From positions 713,680-777,679 of the forward strand of contig CAWFQB010000014.1 of NCBI GenBank assembly GCA_963817895.1: a stretch of DNA of 64,000 nucleotides, written 5' to 3'. The stretch's first letter is position 1. Every line of letters starts with the position of its first letter. Position numbers and translations under genes: made by a program. This document shows positions 19,180-29,127 of the stretch, in pieces. The notes beneath the pieces are model-generated. The model was not told the origin of the DNA. It saw only the letters and a list, made by a program, of their open reading frames with translations, and searched no databases. The DNA comes from an uncultured Chthonomonadaceae bacterium (lineage in GTDB: Bacteria; Armatimonadota; Chthonomonadetes; Chthonomonadales; Chthonomonadaceae).

Positions 19180-20925
19180 ATGAACCGTTATCGGCGCTTT
19201 GCGCTTCCTATTCGATTGCTTGTTTCGTTTGGCTTGTGCGTTGTTCAGGGCGGCGCGTGTCCGGCGCAGACATTTTCGGCGGTCCAGCCTGTTCGGTCGG
19301 CGCATGGCATGGTGGCGTCGGCAAGCGGATTGGCGTCACAGGCGGGCGTGGAAATACTAAAACGGGGCGGAAATGCTGTGGATGCGGCCTGCGCAACCGC
19401 GTTCGCGCTTGCCGTGACGTACCCGGTCGCGGGCAATCTGGGCGGCGGCGGGTTCATGCTGATACGGCTTGGCGGATGGCCGCGCGGTTGCCATTGATTA
19501 CCGCGAAACGGCCCCGGCAGCGGCGACAAGCGGGATGTATCAGGACAAGGCGGGCAACATCATTCCCAATGCGTCGCTTGTCGGCTATCGGGCGTCGGGC
19601 GTACCCGGAACCGTTGCCGGGTTGGAACTGGCGCAGCGCAAGTACGGCAAACTGAAATGGCGGGAGGTGATTGAACCGGCGCGGCGTCTGGCGTCAGAAG
19701 GTTTTCCGGTCAGCGCGGCAATGGCGTCCGGCCTGCGGGGTGAAAAATCTCTGGCGCAGTTTCCCGAAAGCCGCCGCGTTTTTCTGAAGCAGGGCGCATT
19801 TTACCAGAGCCGGGGAAACGTTCCGGCAGCCGGAACTGGCGGCGACACTGGCGCGTTTGCAGCAGATACGGCGCAAAAGACTTTTACGAGGGACACACGG
19901 CGGAACTCATCGCAAAGGCGATGCAGCGCGAACGACGGCCTGATTACCCGCGAGGATTTACGACATTACAAAGCGGTCGAGCGCGAACCATTGCGGGGAA
20001 CCTATCGGGGTTATGAGGTTCTCACCATGCCGCCGCCGAGTTCGGGCGGCATCGCCCTGCTGGAAATGCTCAACATTCTGGAACCCCATGATCTGGCGAA
20101 ATGGGGGCATGACGCGCCCGAAACCAACCACCTGCTGATTGAAGCCATGCGCCGCGCGTTTGCGGACCGGGCGGAGTTTTTGGGCGACCCGGATTTTGTC
20201 CGCGTCCCCGCCAAAGCCCTGATTGCCAAACCGTATGCGGCGGAAGTTGCCCGCAGCATTGATCGCCGAACACGCCACGCCGAGCGCAGAAATCAAGCAC
20301 GGTCAGCCTGCCGGTTACGAGTCGCCGCAAACCACGCATTTTTCGGTTGTGGATGCGGAAGGCAATGCGGTTTCCAACACGTACACGCTCAACATGGCGT
20401 ATGGCAGCGGCGTGACCGTAAAGGGCGCGGGCTTTCTGCTCAACGACGAAATGGACGATTTCACCAGCAAGCCGGGCGTTCCCAACGGCTTCGGCTTGAT
20501 TCAGGGCGCGGCGAACGCGATTGCGCCCACATAAGCGCCCTCTCTCCTCCATGACGCCCACCATTCTGGTCAAGAACGGCAAACTGTTTCTGGTAATCGG
20601 CAGTCCCGGCGGCCCGACGATCATCAACACGGTGTTGCAGGTGATTGTCAACGTCGTGGACCACAACATGAACATCGCGCAGGCCATCGCCGCGCCCCGC
20701 CTGCACCACCAATGGCTGCCGGATCAAGTCCGAGTGGAAACCAACGGCCTGACGCCCGAAACCCGCCGCAAACTGGAACAAATGGGACACGTCTTCGCCA
20801 AACGCGCCGGACTGCCCAACGAGCATTGGGGCGACGCGGAAGGCATACTGGTTGATCCTCTCACCGGCAAGCGCTATGGCGCGTCCGACCCACGTTCCCG
20901 CGACGCGGCGGCCGTTGGTTATTAA
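19180..20925 (+). CDS. ggt: Gamma-glutamyltransferase (several frameshifts)
   Basis: [61 protein letters not shown]. Confidence 0.92.
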
Positions 20926-21446
20926 AGGTTTGTGTTCCCGCACTCGCGGGAAGCCTGTCCTGTTCAACCTGTTCAACCCGGGGCGCGTTGGATAAAAGGG
21001 AGAAATATGTAGAGACAGCGTCGAAATCTTGGCAATGCAGCGCTTCCAGCCCGGTGTCTCGTTGTGTCAGATTTTTTCTAAGGAGGCGTCGTGGCCTCGG
21101 AATGGTTACGGTGAACGAGAAGTATATACAGGCATCTTCTTGCACCTCCCTTCCAGGTTAGATTGTTGAAGAGTGGAGAGTTGATAGCAACTCCGAACTT
21201 TCAACATCCCGCCGCCTGGCTAGTTCGCTCACACTGTTTAGTAGACGTGTGTGCGAAATTGGACGATGCAGATACAGCGAAGTTTCATTTTTGCTGCTGA
21301 TTACGTAGATATTTTTCTAGTTTTTTGTGTCTGATTTCTGGCACTGGCAACCAGTAGAACAAATCGGAGCAATATGGGGGCGAACGCCCCACGACAGGAT
21401 AGTGTTGAGCATTTCAGATGTGCCAGCCCCGGTGCCTGACAAATTC

Positions 21447-21475
21447 TTGACGCCCTCTCGAAAGCGGCGTACAAT
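21447..21475 (+). promoter_or_regulatory. Sigma70-type promoter, probably giving a leaderless mRNA
   Basis: TTGACG-17 bp-TACAAT, 8 nt before ATG 21484. Confidence 0.55.
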
Positions 21476-21483
21476 AATTTATT

Positions 21484-21810
21484 ATGAGAAGCAAAGGCAT
21501 GATCGCCAAACAAGAAGCCATCCTGCGCTACATCCGCGTGTGTACTCAGTAGAATGAATTGCCGCCTACGTTTAATCAGATGATGCAGACGTTCGACCTC
21601 GCATCCACGCAGAGCGTTACGCAGCATCTGGACGCTCTGGAGCGTCGGGAGATGCTTTTGCGCACTCACAAGGCGCGACGCGGATTAAAGGTTACGGAGG
21701 CGGGCAAGCGGGCGATAGGCGAGTACCCGGAGATGCCCGGAACCTTCGCCTACTTCCTCTATGACGAAACGGCGAGGTGTATGGAACCGCTGGAGCGCAA
21801 GGCAGTCTGA
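21484..21810 (+). pseudogene. LexA-type winged-helix DNA-binding protein with in-frame TAG at 21550
   Basis: KQEAILRYI..*NELPPTFNQMMQTFDLASTQSVTQHLDALERREML..RGLKV; no peptidase domain. Confidence 0.7.
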
Positions 21811-21834
21811 GTTCCACCGCCCTCTTTTGACTTG

Positions 21835-21870
21835 CAAGCCGCCTTTTTCTTCACAGAAGAGGCGGCTTGC
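21835..21870. terminator. Hairpin after the LexA-like gene
   Basis: gcaagccgcct..aggcggcttgc. Confidence 0.5.
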
Positions 21871-22121
21871 TGTTTCAGCGCCCTGTTTGCCGCCCAACGT
21901 CCGGGCGCGTTCCGGGCAGACATTGCGGAAGACTACGCTTTTCAGAAAGTCTTAACCGCCTGTGTGACGTAGTGAAAGTGGAACACCTGTCAGGGCGCGT
22001 TCTGCCCGATTTGCGCAACTCGGAGTAGGACACGGACGCGAAACGCAAACATGTCAACCATGCCGCGCAGAACTTTGCCGCCCGTTGGCTGGAGTCAGAA
22101 CTGCGCAAACGCAACTGCTAA

Positions 22122-22172
22122 CCTGCCCACTGCCTGCCCGTCTTTGAAGCCGACGGGCAGGCAGTGGGCAGG
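22122..22172. repeat. Perfect 21-bp inverted repeat
   Basis: cctgcccactgcctgcccgtc-N9-gacgggcaggcagtgggcagg. Confidence 0.85.
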
Positions 22173-22227
22173 AATGCAAATAACTTATGACGACTTCAAG
22201 CGTTTAGTTGACATAGAAGGAGTGTTC

Positions 22228-22760
22228 CTACGCCAGCAATTGTTCATGTTCATCAATATGAAGAATTAATTTTGTTTCGCTGGATAGCTGTTGGTACAAA
22301 ATTTCAATATTGCTATGTGCTTCATTCTCCCAGTTGTAGAAAAAATTGCGGCATGCTGTATTAAATTTAATGGTAAGTTCGCATATATTCTTGCTCAGAA
22401 GCCATTCATTGATAGCACAATGAGTGGCAATGTCATTTGAAAGTAATAAAAAATCTTTGTGGCACTGATGCTGATATGCGATTTTGCTCTGGTTGTTCGG
22501 CTGATTGTCTAATATAGACACGTACTTGAACACGTTGCCTGCGATTACCAAGAGTTCTTTTGCAACCTTGAAGCGTTCTGGGTATATAGTTTTGTAAAAA
22601 TCCAATTGTCGGGCTTCTCTGGCAACTTCAATTTCCCGTTCTTTGAGGCGGCTATTCCATTTGTAGTTCAGGTACGGAGCCAGAACTCCACCAATCAAGC
22701 CGCCCGTAATCGTTCCCGCAATCGTGAAAACGCAGTCCAAACGTCGGGAGGAATTGCCAT
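22228..22760 (-). CDS. AT-rich hypothetical protein with N-terminal TM helix (likely frameshift near start)
   Basis: FTIAGTITGGLIGGVLAPYL followed by a helical domain; atypical composition. Confidence 0.6.
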
Positions 22761-23096
22761 TGTTGAATCTCCTGTCAGGATGTAGCAAACGTTGTGAACA
22801 TCGTACCCCTTCCTGAACAAAGAGACGAACGAAAGAGTAAGCAGGATACCATAAACAGGCAGGCTAAGAAAGCAAGTACAAAGTCTGGTCCAGTGTGGCG
22901 GGCGTCCGGTTCCTGCCCTGAACAAGCCACCTGTATATGGCGCGTGGGAAGTGATACCGCGCCGAAAAGTCCACAGGGCTACGAAAAGTACCTGATTTTA
23001 AGTTGTTACTAGATTCCAATGAATATATCTGATATACTTACAGGCAGGTGAACCTAGCAAATTTGCTGAGTTCACCTGCCTGTAAGTAAGGGGGTG

Positions 23097-23198
23097 ATGA
23101 AGTTGTCCACCCTGGTTAATGTGATAGCCGTTGTCTCTGGAATTGTGACGGTTATCGCGTTCCTCATGGATCGGTACGACAAGCGTAAGCGCAAGTAA
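23097..23198 (+). CDS. 33-aa hydrophobic peptide, candidate type I toxin
   Basis: MKLSTLVNVIAVVSGIVTVIAFLMDRYDKRKRK*; SD-like AAGGGGG; below the ORF-track cutoff. Confidence 0.6.
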   Translation: MKLSTLVNVIAVVSGIVTVIAFLMDRYDKRKRK

Positions 23199-23373
23199 CG
23201 GCGCATACGTAAAGTCTAACCGCTCCGTCTCATTCCCCCGAAGTGCTACCAACACTTTGGGGGAACATCTTTTTATCACTCACTTTTCTGAGTGAGGAAA
23301 TAATTTATAGATACCTGCTTGCAAACTACGTAGTTTGCAATGGATACAGGCCCAAAAAAGAGGGTTCAACCCT

Positions 23374-23410
23374 GTTTCAATCCTCGTGATAGGTTTTCAA
23401 ACGATGCAAT
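23374..23410. repeat. Solitary 37-bp CRISPR-repeat-like unit (no array)
   Basis: GTTTCAATCCTCGTGATAGGTTTTCAAACGATGCAAT. Confidence 0.35.
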
Positions 23411-23929
23411 CGGGTTATCGGCACTATTGGCCGATTGCTAGTCGGTAAGCAGGCCGACGTTTGGCACGTTACGTAACGTGCGTCAAGGTCTTTGAATAAA
23501 GTATACACCAAAAAAGGAATTATGGGTGTTTTTCCCAGTAACTTTAGGGGTTTCGGAACTTTTTTAAGTATTTTTGCTATGTTTCCGGTATTGCCTACAG
23601 ACCAACGAAACCGCTAAAAAAGGGGAAGAGCACAATACCACGCCCTCAACTGCCTGCTTCTGCAAAGATGCGGGTTTTATATCAGCAGGCGTTTGTGAAC
23701 AAGTCCGGTATTGAAGAACGCTACCTCCATATCATCAACGGAGTGGGCTACAATGTACAATCATCCGGCTTGCAGTATTTTGGCATGTTCCGCTATTTGC
23801 CCACCACTCAAAACTACTTTACCTACTTTCACTTCAATGTAGGTGGAATACAGCGCGTTGCCGCCCGCAGGAAGTTTCCTGCGGGCGGCGTTTTATCAAC
23901 AATCAACCTTGCTTTGTGGCATAACCTGC

Positions 23930-24812
23930 TCAGGCCGGATTTAGAAGGGGCTTGAGCGTTTCGGTTGCCCATTGCTGTAGGGTTGTGGGCGTGGTGGTTT
24001 CCGGGGTGCGCGGTTCGGCGGCATAGATGCCCTGCTCGAAGGCAGTGAGCATCTGCACGTAGTTGTGCGGCCATATCGGGTGAGGCTCCCATTTGCAGGA
24101 ACGTTTGCTGTATCTGCTCTGCGGGAATCTGTACGTACTGAATGGTTTTGCCGGTCGCCTCGCTGATGATTTGCGCGGCTTGATTGGGCGTTACATCCGC
24201 CGCGCCCTGTACCGCCAGCGTGAGTTTGCCCTGCCAAGAGCGATCCAGCAGTTTGTGGGCGGCGACGTGGGCAATGTCACGAGTGGCGACCATCGGCATG
24301 GGCAGGTCGGGGCGGTTCAGGCTGTAAAACGCGCCCTGATCGCGCAGGGTGGGCAGATACATCAGAAAATTTTCCATAAAGAAGCCACAGCGCAAACTCA
24401 GCACGTTCGCGTTTGTGGCGTTGAGCGCGTCTTCGATGCGGTACGTTTCCGATACCAGACCCGCGTTCCGACTGCCGCCCCCGACGCTGGAAATAAACAC
24501 GACGTGGGGAATGTTGTTGGCCTGCACCGCGCCCACTGCCGCATCGCTTAAACTCTGGTAATAGGCGCGAATATCGGGCGCGGCGAAATTGGGCGGAGGG
24601 AGAAAGAACAGCGCTTCCGCGCCTGCCGTCGCCTGCTGCACAAAATCCGCGTTCTGCAATTCGCCCTGCGCCACGCGGACGCGGCTGCGAACGTCGCTGT
24701 CCAGTTTGTCCGGGTTGCGGACGAGCAGAGTCAGGTCGGCATTGGCGGCAAGCAGATGGTGTACAAGGTGGCTGCCGATGTTGCCGGTCGGCGCGGTAAT
24801 TGCAATAGTCAT
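23930..24812 (-). CDS. NmrA-like NAD(P)H-binding protein (frameshift near 24060)
   Basis: IAITAPTGNIGS, LRCGFFMEN, PMVATRDIA. Confidence 0.88.
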
Positions 24813-25006
24813 GATTTGGGTTCCTTTTCCATGCCGCTTGTGCAGGGCATGTTGGCGTTCATCCGTATACGCGCGAATGATACTGTTCTTACGCTCCGGC
24901 TTCTGGACAAATTCTGCTCAATACGCCGTAACATCGCTAATCATCCACAGCAGGTCCGACCTACTCTTTTGCTCTGGTTGAGGTTCCGTGTGGTACACTA
25001 AAACAA

Positions 25007-25420
25007 ATGGCGGAAACGAACGCGGAAAAAGCAAAGCGTTGGCGGGAAGCAGCCCTTGTCACGTTGAACACGGCGAAACAGCTTCGGAATCAAGCGGACG
25101 CGCGTTCCTGCGTCAGCCGCGCCTACTACGCTGTTTTCCAAATGGTCACTTCCGTATGTATCGCGCATGGCGACTCTACGCAGTTTCCGTCGGGTTGGAA
25201 CAATCCTTCACATGAACAGTTGCCTGAGTTGATTTTCAAGAATGGGAACTACTCAATGTCTACCCGACGAACTGTTCGAAGGATACTGAAGGAGATGCGA
25301 GTCTTGCGTGAAGACGCGGATTATCGCGTCGGGCGAACGGTAGACGCTCAATCTGCCCAAACCGCTTTACAGATGGCTCACGCTATTTTTGAGCGACTGG
25401 AGAACCCACATGATTTCTGA
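25007..25420 (+). CDS. HEPN-domain protein
   Basis: SRAYYAVF..H..LREDADY. Confidence 0.8.
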   Translation: MAETNAEKAKRWREAALVTLNTAKQLRNQADARSCVSRAYYAVFQMVTSVCIAHGDSTQFPSGWNNPSHEQLPELIFKNGNYSMSTRRTVRRILKEMRVLREDADYRVGRTVDAQSAQTALQMAHAIFERLENPHDF

Positions 25421-25679
25421 AACCATGACTCCGCAGGAAGTGGCGGATCGGGTACGCCCGTATGTTGCCAACAAGAGAGTGGGAACAATCGCGCTTTCCA
25501 TAGACGAAGCGCGGATTCAACTGCGAAACGGTTACTGGCGCGTTCCCGTGCGTCCTGCCGTGGAACCGAAGCCCCTTTTCGCGTACTATGAGGCGCTTGC
25601 CGAGATTGATGACGAGATTCAGGATGGGGAAGATATTAAGGTCACTATTTCGTCAGGCGATCCCCTGAGCGAAGAATAG
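25410..25679 (+). CDS. Small acidic hypothetical protein coupled to the HEPN gene
   Basis: 89 aa; start overlaps the HEPN gene end. Confidence 0.7.
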   Translation: MISETMTPQEVADRVRPYVANKRVGTIALSIDEARIQLRNGYWRVPVRPAVEPKPLFAYYEALAEIDDEIQDGEDIKVTISSGDPLSEE

Positions 25680-25708
25680 ACAATCTGAAGCCGCCAACGT
25701 TTTTGATA

Positions 25709-25759
25709 AAAAGCCCAAAGGGAAGGATTCTGTTTTTAGAATCCCTCCCTTCGGGCTTT
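25709..25759. terminator. Bidirectional terminator between convergent genes
   Basis: aaagcccaaagggaaggattct..agaatccctcccttcgggcttt. Confidence 0.65.
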
Positions 25760-25771
25760 GGTTTGCAAGCG

Positions 25772-26419
25772 TTACACAGGAACGGCCTGAACGTACTGCC
25801 GCGCGGCTTCCACTTCAGCGGCAGTGAGCGCGTGTCCTCCTGTATGCCAGTGCAGAGTTACGTTTGCGCCTGACGCTTCCAGCAGTTGCGCCAATTGCAT
25901 CGTGTCGGCGGGAGGAACAATGGGGTCATTTTGCCCCGCGCCGATGAAGATAGATTTGCCGCGCAGGTCGGGCAGGATTTCCGGCATGAACGGCGTCATG
26001 GGGTGCAACAAAATCGCGCCCGCCAATGTTTCCGGCAGTCGCAGCAGCAGGCTTGCCGCGATATTGGCCCCGTTGGAGAAGCCCACAGCGATTACGCGCT
26101 TCGGGTCGAATCCGTATTCCCCCGCGCTTTGTTCGATGTATTCCGCCAATTCCCGTGTTCGGAGCCGCAAATCCTCCTGATCGAACACGCCCTCCGCGAG
26201 CCGTCGGAAAAAGCGCGGCATCCCCCGTTCCAGAACTTTGCCGCGCGGACTGAGCAGGTTCGCGCCCGGAAGCAGTTGCTGTCCGAGCGGAAGCAGGTCG
26301 CGCTCGTTGCCGCCCGTGCCGTGCAGCAGGAGCAGTGTGGGCGCAGTCGAAACACTCTGCGCGGGAACCCACTCATGCGTAAACGCAAGCGTATTTGTAG
26401 TTGTTGCAGTCATAATCAT
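25772..26419 (-). CDS. Alpha/beta hydrolase, MhqD-like
   Basis: LLHGTGGNE, GFSNGANIA, GGHAL. Confidence 0.9.
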   Translation of the reverse strand: MIMTATTTNTLAFTHEWVPAQSVSTAPTLLLLHGTGGNERDLLPLGQQLLPGANLLSPRGKVLERGMPRFFRRLAEGVFDQEDLRLRTRELAEYIEQSAGEYGFDPKRVIAVGFSNGANIAASLLLRLPETLAGAILLHPMTPFMPEILPDLRGKSIFIGAGQNDPIVPPADTMQLAQLLEASGANVTLHWHTGGHALTAAEVEAARQYVQAVPV

Positions 26420-27375
26420 GCCTCCTGAAGCGTTTTCGGCAGGGTGATGGTCGGCAACCCCTTCTGTATCTGCGCCCTCTCCGGTTCCAGCCATTCCGGC
26501 AGGCGCAGGGTGGTTCCCAACGTTTCCAATGGCTCATCGGCTGTGAAACCCGGATGGTCGGTGGCGATCTCGAACAACACGCCGCCCGGTTCGCGGAAAT
26601 AGATGGAGTGGAAATACTGCCTGTCCATCACGGGAGAAACCGCAAACCGCTGCTGCGTCAATTGCGCCTGCCACTGCTCCTGCTGCGCGTCCGTAGCCGT
26701 TCGCCATGCCACATGATGTACGTCGCCCACACCCGATGCGCTTTGCGGCAGTTCCGGCAGGGTGAGCAGGTCTACACGTCGGGCCGTTCCCTGCTCACCG
26801 GCGACATAGCGTACGCGGTTCCCCTCTTCTCCCGCCTGCTGAAATCCCATTGTTTCCGTCAGCAATCTGGCGGTTCGCGTCGGGGACGCAAGCGCGAGGG
26901 TGACGCTGTGAAAGCCCCGCGTGGCGTAATCGAGTGGAATCCCGCCGCCCTGCCAGCCTGCGTTTTTCCCTGCCTGCACATCTGTGACCAGTTCCAGCGG
27001 CAGGCCATCGGGATCGGCAAACGCCAGAACCTCCTCATCCCACCGCGTAATCGGCTTCTCATAACGAACGTTGCGCCGCGCAAACCTGTCCTGCCAGTAT
27101 CCCAGACTCTCCGGGGGAACGGCAAATGATGTGACAGCCACTTGCCCCGTTCCCTGCCGTCCCTTGCGTCCGTCGGGCCACGCGAAAAAGGTCAGAATCG
27201 AGCCGGGGCTGCCCGCCTCGTCGCCGTAATAAAAGTGATAGGAACCCGGATCGTCGTAGTTTATCGTGATTTTGACCAGACGCAACCCCAATACCTGCGT
27301 GTAGAAGTTGACGTTTTGCTGCGCGTCGCCCGCAATCGCGGTGACATGGTGAATACCCGAAATTCGCTTTTCCAT
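26416..27375 (-). CDS. Ring-cleaving dioxygenase (VOC family, MhqA/MhqO-like)
   Basis: GIHHVTAI, VHHVAWR, DRQYFHSIYFREPGGVLFEIAT. Confidence 0.93.
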   Translation of the reverse strand: MEKRISGIHHVTAIAGDAQQNVNFYTQVLGLRLVKITINYDDPGSYHFYYGDEAGSPGSILTFFAWPDGRKGRQGTGQVAVTSFAVPPESLGYWQDRFARRNVRYEKPITRWDEEVLAFADPDGLPLELVTDVQAGKNAGWQGGGIPLDYATRGFHSVTLALASPTRTARLLTETMGFQQAGEEGNRVRYVAGEQGTARRVDLLTLPELPQSASGVGDVHHVAWRTATDAQQEQWQAQLTQQRFAVSPVMDRQYFHSIYFREPGGVLFEIATDHPGFTADEPLETLGTTLRLPEWLEPERAQIQKGLPTITLPKTLQEA

Positions 27376-27833
27376 GTTGTTTAATCCCGTCCTGATGCGC
27401 TGATGCGTATAACTTTCTGATTATCCGTGAGAATGGTCTCTGCCAACGAAAGTTATTTGTTCCTATCAACGATCCGCCACTGGTTTTTGCTGCATGAGTG
27501 CGGTATAATGGCATGGCTTCGCTTCCACTGCTCGTACCGCCAGGCATTGTCGGGCCTGTTGGGAAGCGCCAGGATAGAGGAAATGTCTACCGATTGCAGT
27601 GCCAGTACCTACGGTCGTCGCGGCAGCGCAGAAGATGCAGACTTGCCCCGGCAGGACCGCCCCTAGCCTTTCTCCCCGGAGCGCGGCAGGGCTTTCCTGC
27701 GCGTTCAAGTCTCTGATTCATCCTCCGTTTGCCATGACGATATCCTGAACCGTTTGACGCCCCACTTGTCGGCGTGATTTATTCTGTCACGTCCGGCGAA
27801 ATGCGTCTGCATCCCATCCGGGGAGATTTCGCC

Positions 27834-29111
27834 ATGCTCAACCCACCGTTGCGGCAGCGCTTCGCGTCGAGTCGCCTGTTCGTGTTCCTCAGCATCCTGG
27901 GGCCGGGTATCATTGCCGCCAACGCGGACAATGACGCCAGTGGCATCTATGGCTATTCGCTGGCGGGCGCGCAATATCGTTACGCCATGTTGTGGGTGCT
28001 GGTGCTGTCTACCATCTCGCTCGGCGTGGCGCAGGAGATTTGCGCCCGCATGGGAGCCGTGACCGGCAAAGGGCTGGCCGATCTCATCCGCGAAGAGTAC
28101 GGCGTCAAAATTACCCTGTTCGCCATGCTCGCGCTCCTTGCCGCCAACTTTGCCACAACGGTTTCCGAGTTCGCGGGCATTCTGGCTGCGGCGCAATTGT
28201 TTGCCGGTCCGAACGCGCGTTTCTGGGTGTTGCCCCTGGTTGCGGGCGTGGTGTGGATGCTGGTAGCGAAAGGTTCCTACAAGCGGCTGGAACGTATTCT
28301 GCTTGGCGCGTCGCTGGTGTATCTGCTTTATATCGTGTCCGCGTTTCTGGCGCATCCTCAGTGGGGGCAGGTGGCGAAAGAGACGTTCGTTCCCGACTTC
28401 AAAGGCATTTCGCCGTTCAAAGACTACGTGTTTATGATTATCAACGTGGTCGGCACAACCATCACGCCCTGGGGACAGTTCTACATCCAATCTTCTGTGC
28501 GCGACAAGGGTATACGGGCAAGCAACTACGCGCATACGCGCATTGACGTGCTGTTCGGGGCGTTTTTCACCAACTTAATCGCCTTCTTTATTATCGTCTG
28601 CTGCGGCGCCACTCTGTTCGCGGCGGGCATTCATCAGGTGGAGGATGCCGGACAGGTTGCCAGAGCGCTGACGCCGCTTGCCGGCTCGCTGGCAACGGTT
28701 TTGTTCGCCATCGGCCTGTTCAACGCTTCGTGCTTTGGCGCTATCGCGGTTCCACTTTCTACGGCATACGCCATTACGGAATCGCTTGGTTCTGAAAGCG
28801 CGTTGGGGATGCGGACGAAAGAGGCTCCGCTGTTCATCGGCACGTTCACGTTTCTGATTGTGGCTTCGGCTCTGCTCGTCATGTTTTTCCCTTCCCATCT
28901 GACGATGCTCATTCTGCTGCCCAACATCATCGGCGCGGCGCTGCTGCCCATTATTCTTGTCCTGATGCTGCTGCTTGTCAACAACAAGCGGCTCATGGGG
29001 GAGTACACCAACAGCCGCATCTACAACGCCATTGCCTGGACAACAACTGTAGTTCTCACTATTTTATCGCTGATACTGTTCATAACCAACGTATTTCCGG
29101 TGGGACGCTGA
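27834..29111 (+). CDS. Nramp-family divalent metal transporter (Mg2+/Mn2+, NRMT-like)
   Basis: GPGIIAANADNDASGI, QEICARMGAVTGKG, GTTITPWGQF. Confidence 0.9.
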   Translation: MLNPPLRQRFASSRLFVFLSILGPGIIAANADNDASGIYGYSLAGAQYRYAMLWVLVLSTISLGVAQEICARMGAVTGKGLADLIREEYGVKITLFAMLALLAANFATTVSEFAGILAAAQLFAGPNARFWVLPLVAGVVWMLVAKGSYKRLERILLGASLVYLLYIVSAFLAHPQWGQVAKETFVPDFKGISPFKDYVFMIINVVGTTITPWGQFYIQSSVRDKGIRASNYAHTRIDVLFGAFFTNLIAFFIIVCCGATLFAAGIHQVEDAGQVARALTPLAGSLATVLFAIGLFNASCFGAIAVPLSTAYAITESLGSESALGMRTKEAPLFIGTFTFLIVASALLVMFFPSHLTMLILLPNIIGAALLPIILVLMLLLVNNKRLMGEYTNSRIYNAIAWTTTVVLTILSLILFITNVFPVGR

Positions 29112-29127
29112 AAGGAGATTTACCAAT

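Noticed and set aside
23300..23650. CRISPR array
   Set aside because: Only one repeat-like unit, with no repeat-spacer periodicity and no cas genes.
23668..23955. 95-aa plus-strand ORF
   Set aside because: No recognisable motif, and it overlaps the end of the NmrA-like gene; it may be a fragment.
27510..27830. Definite M-box or yybP-ykoY riboswitch
   Set aside because: I could not match the conserved cores by eye; kept only as a testable suggestion.
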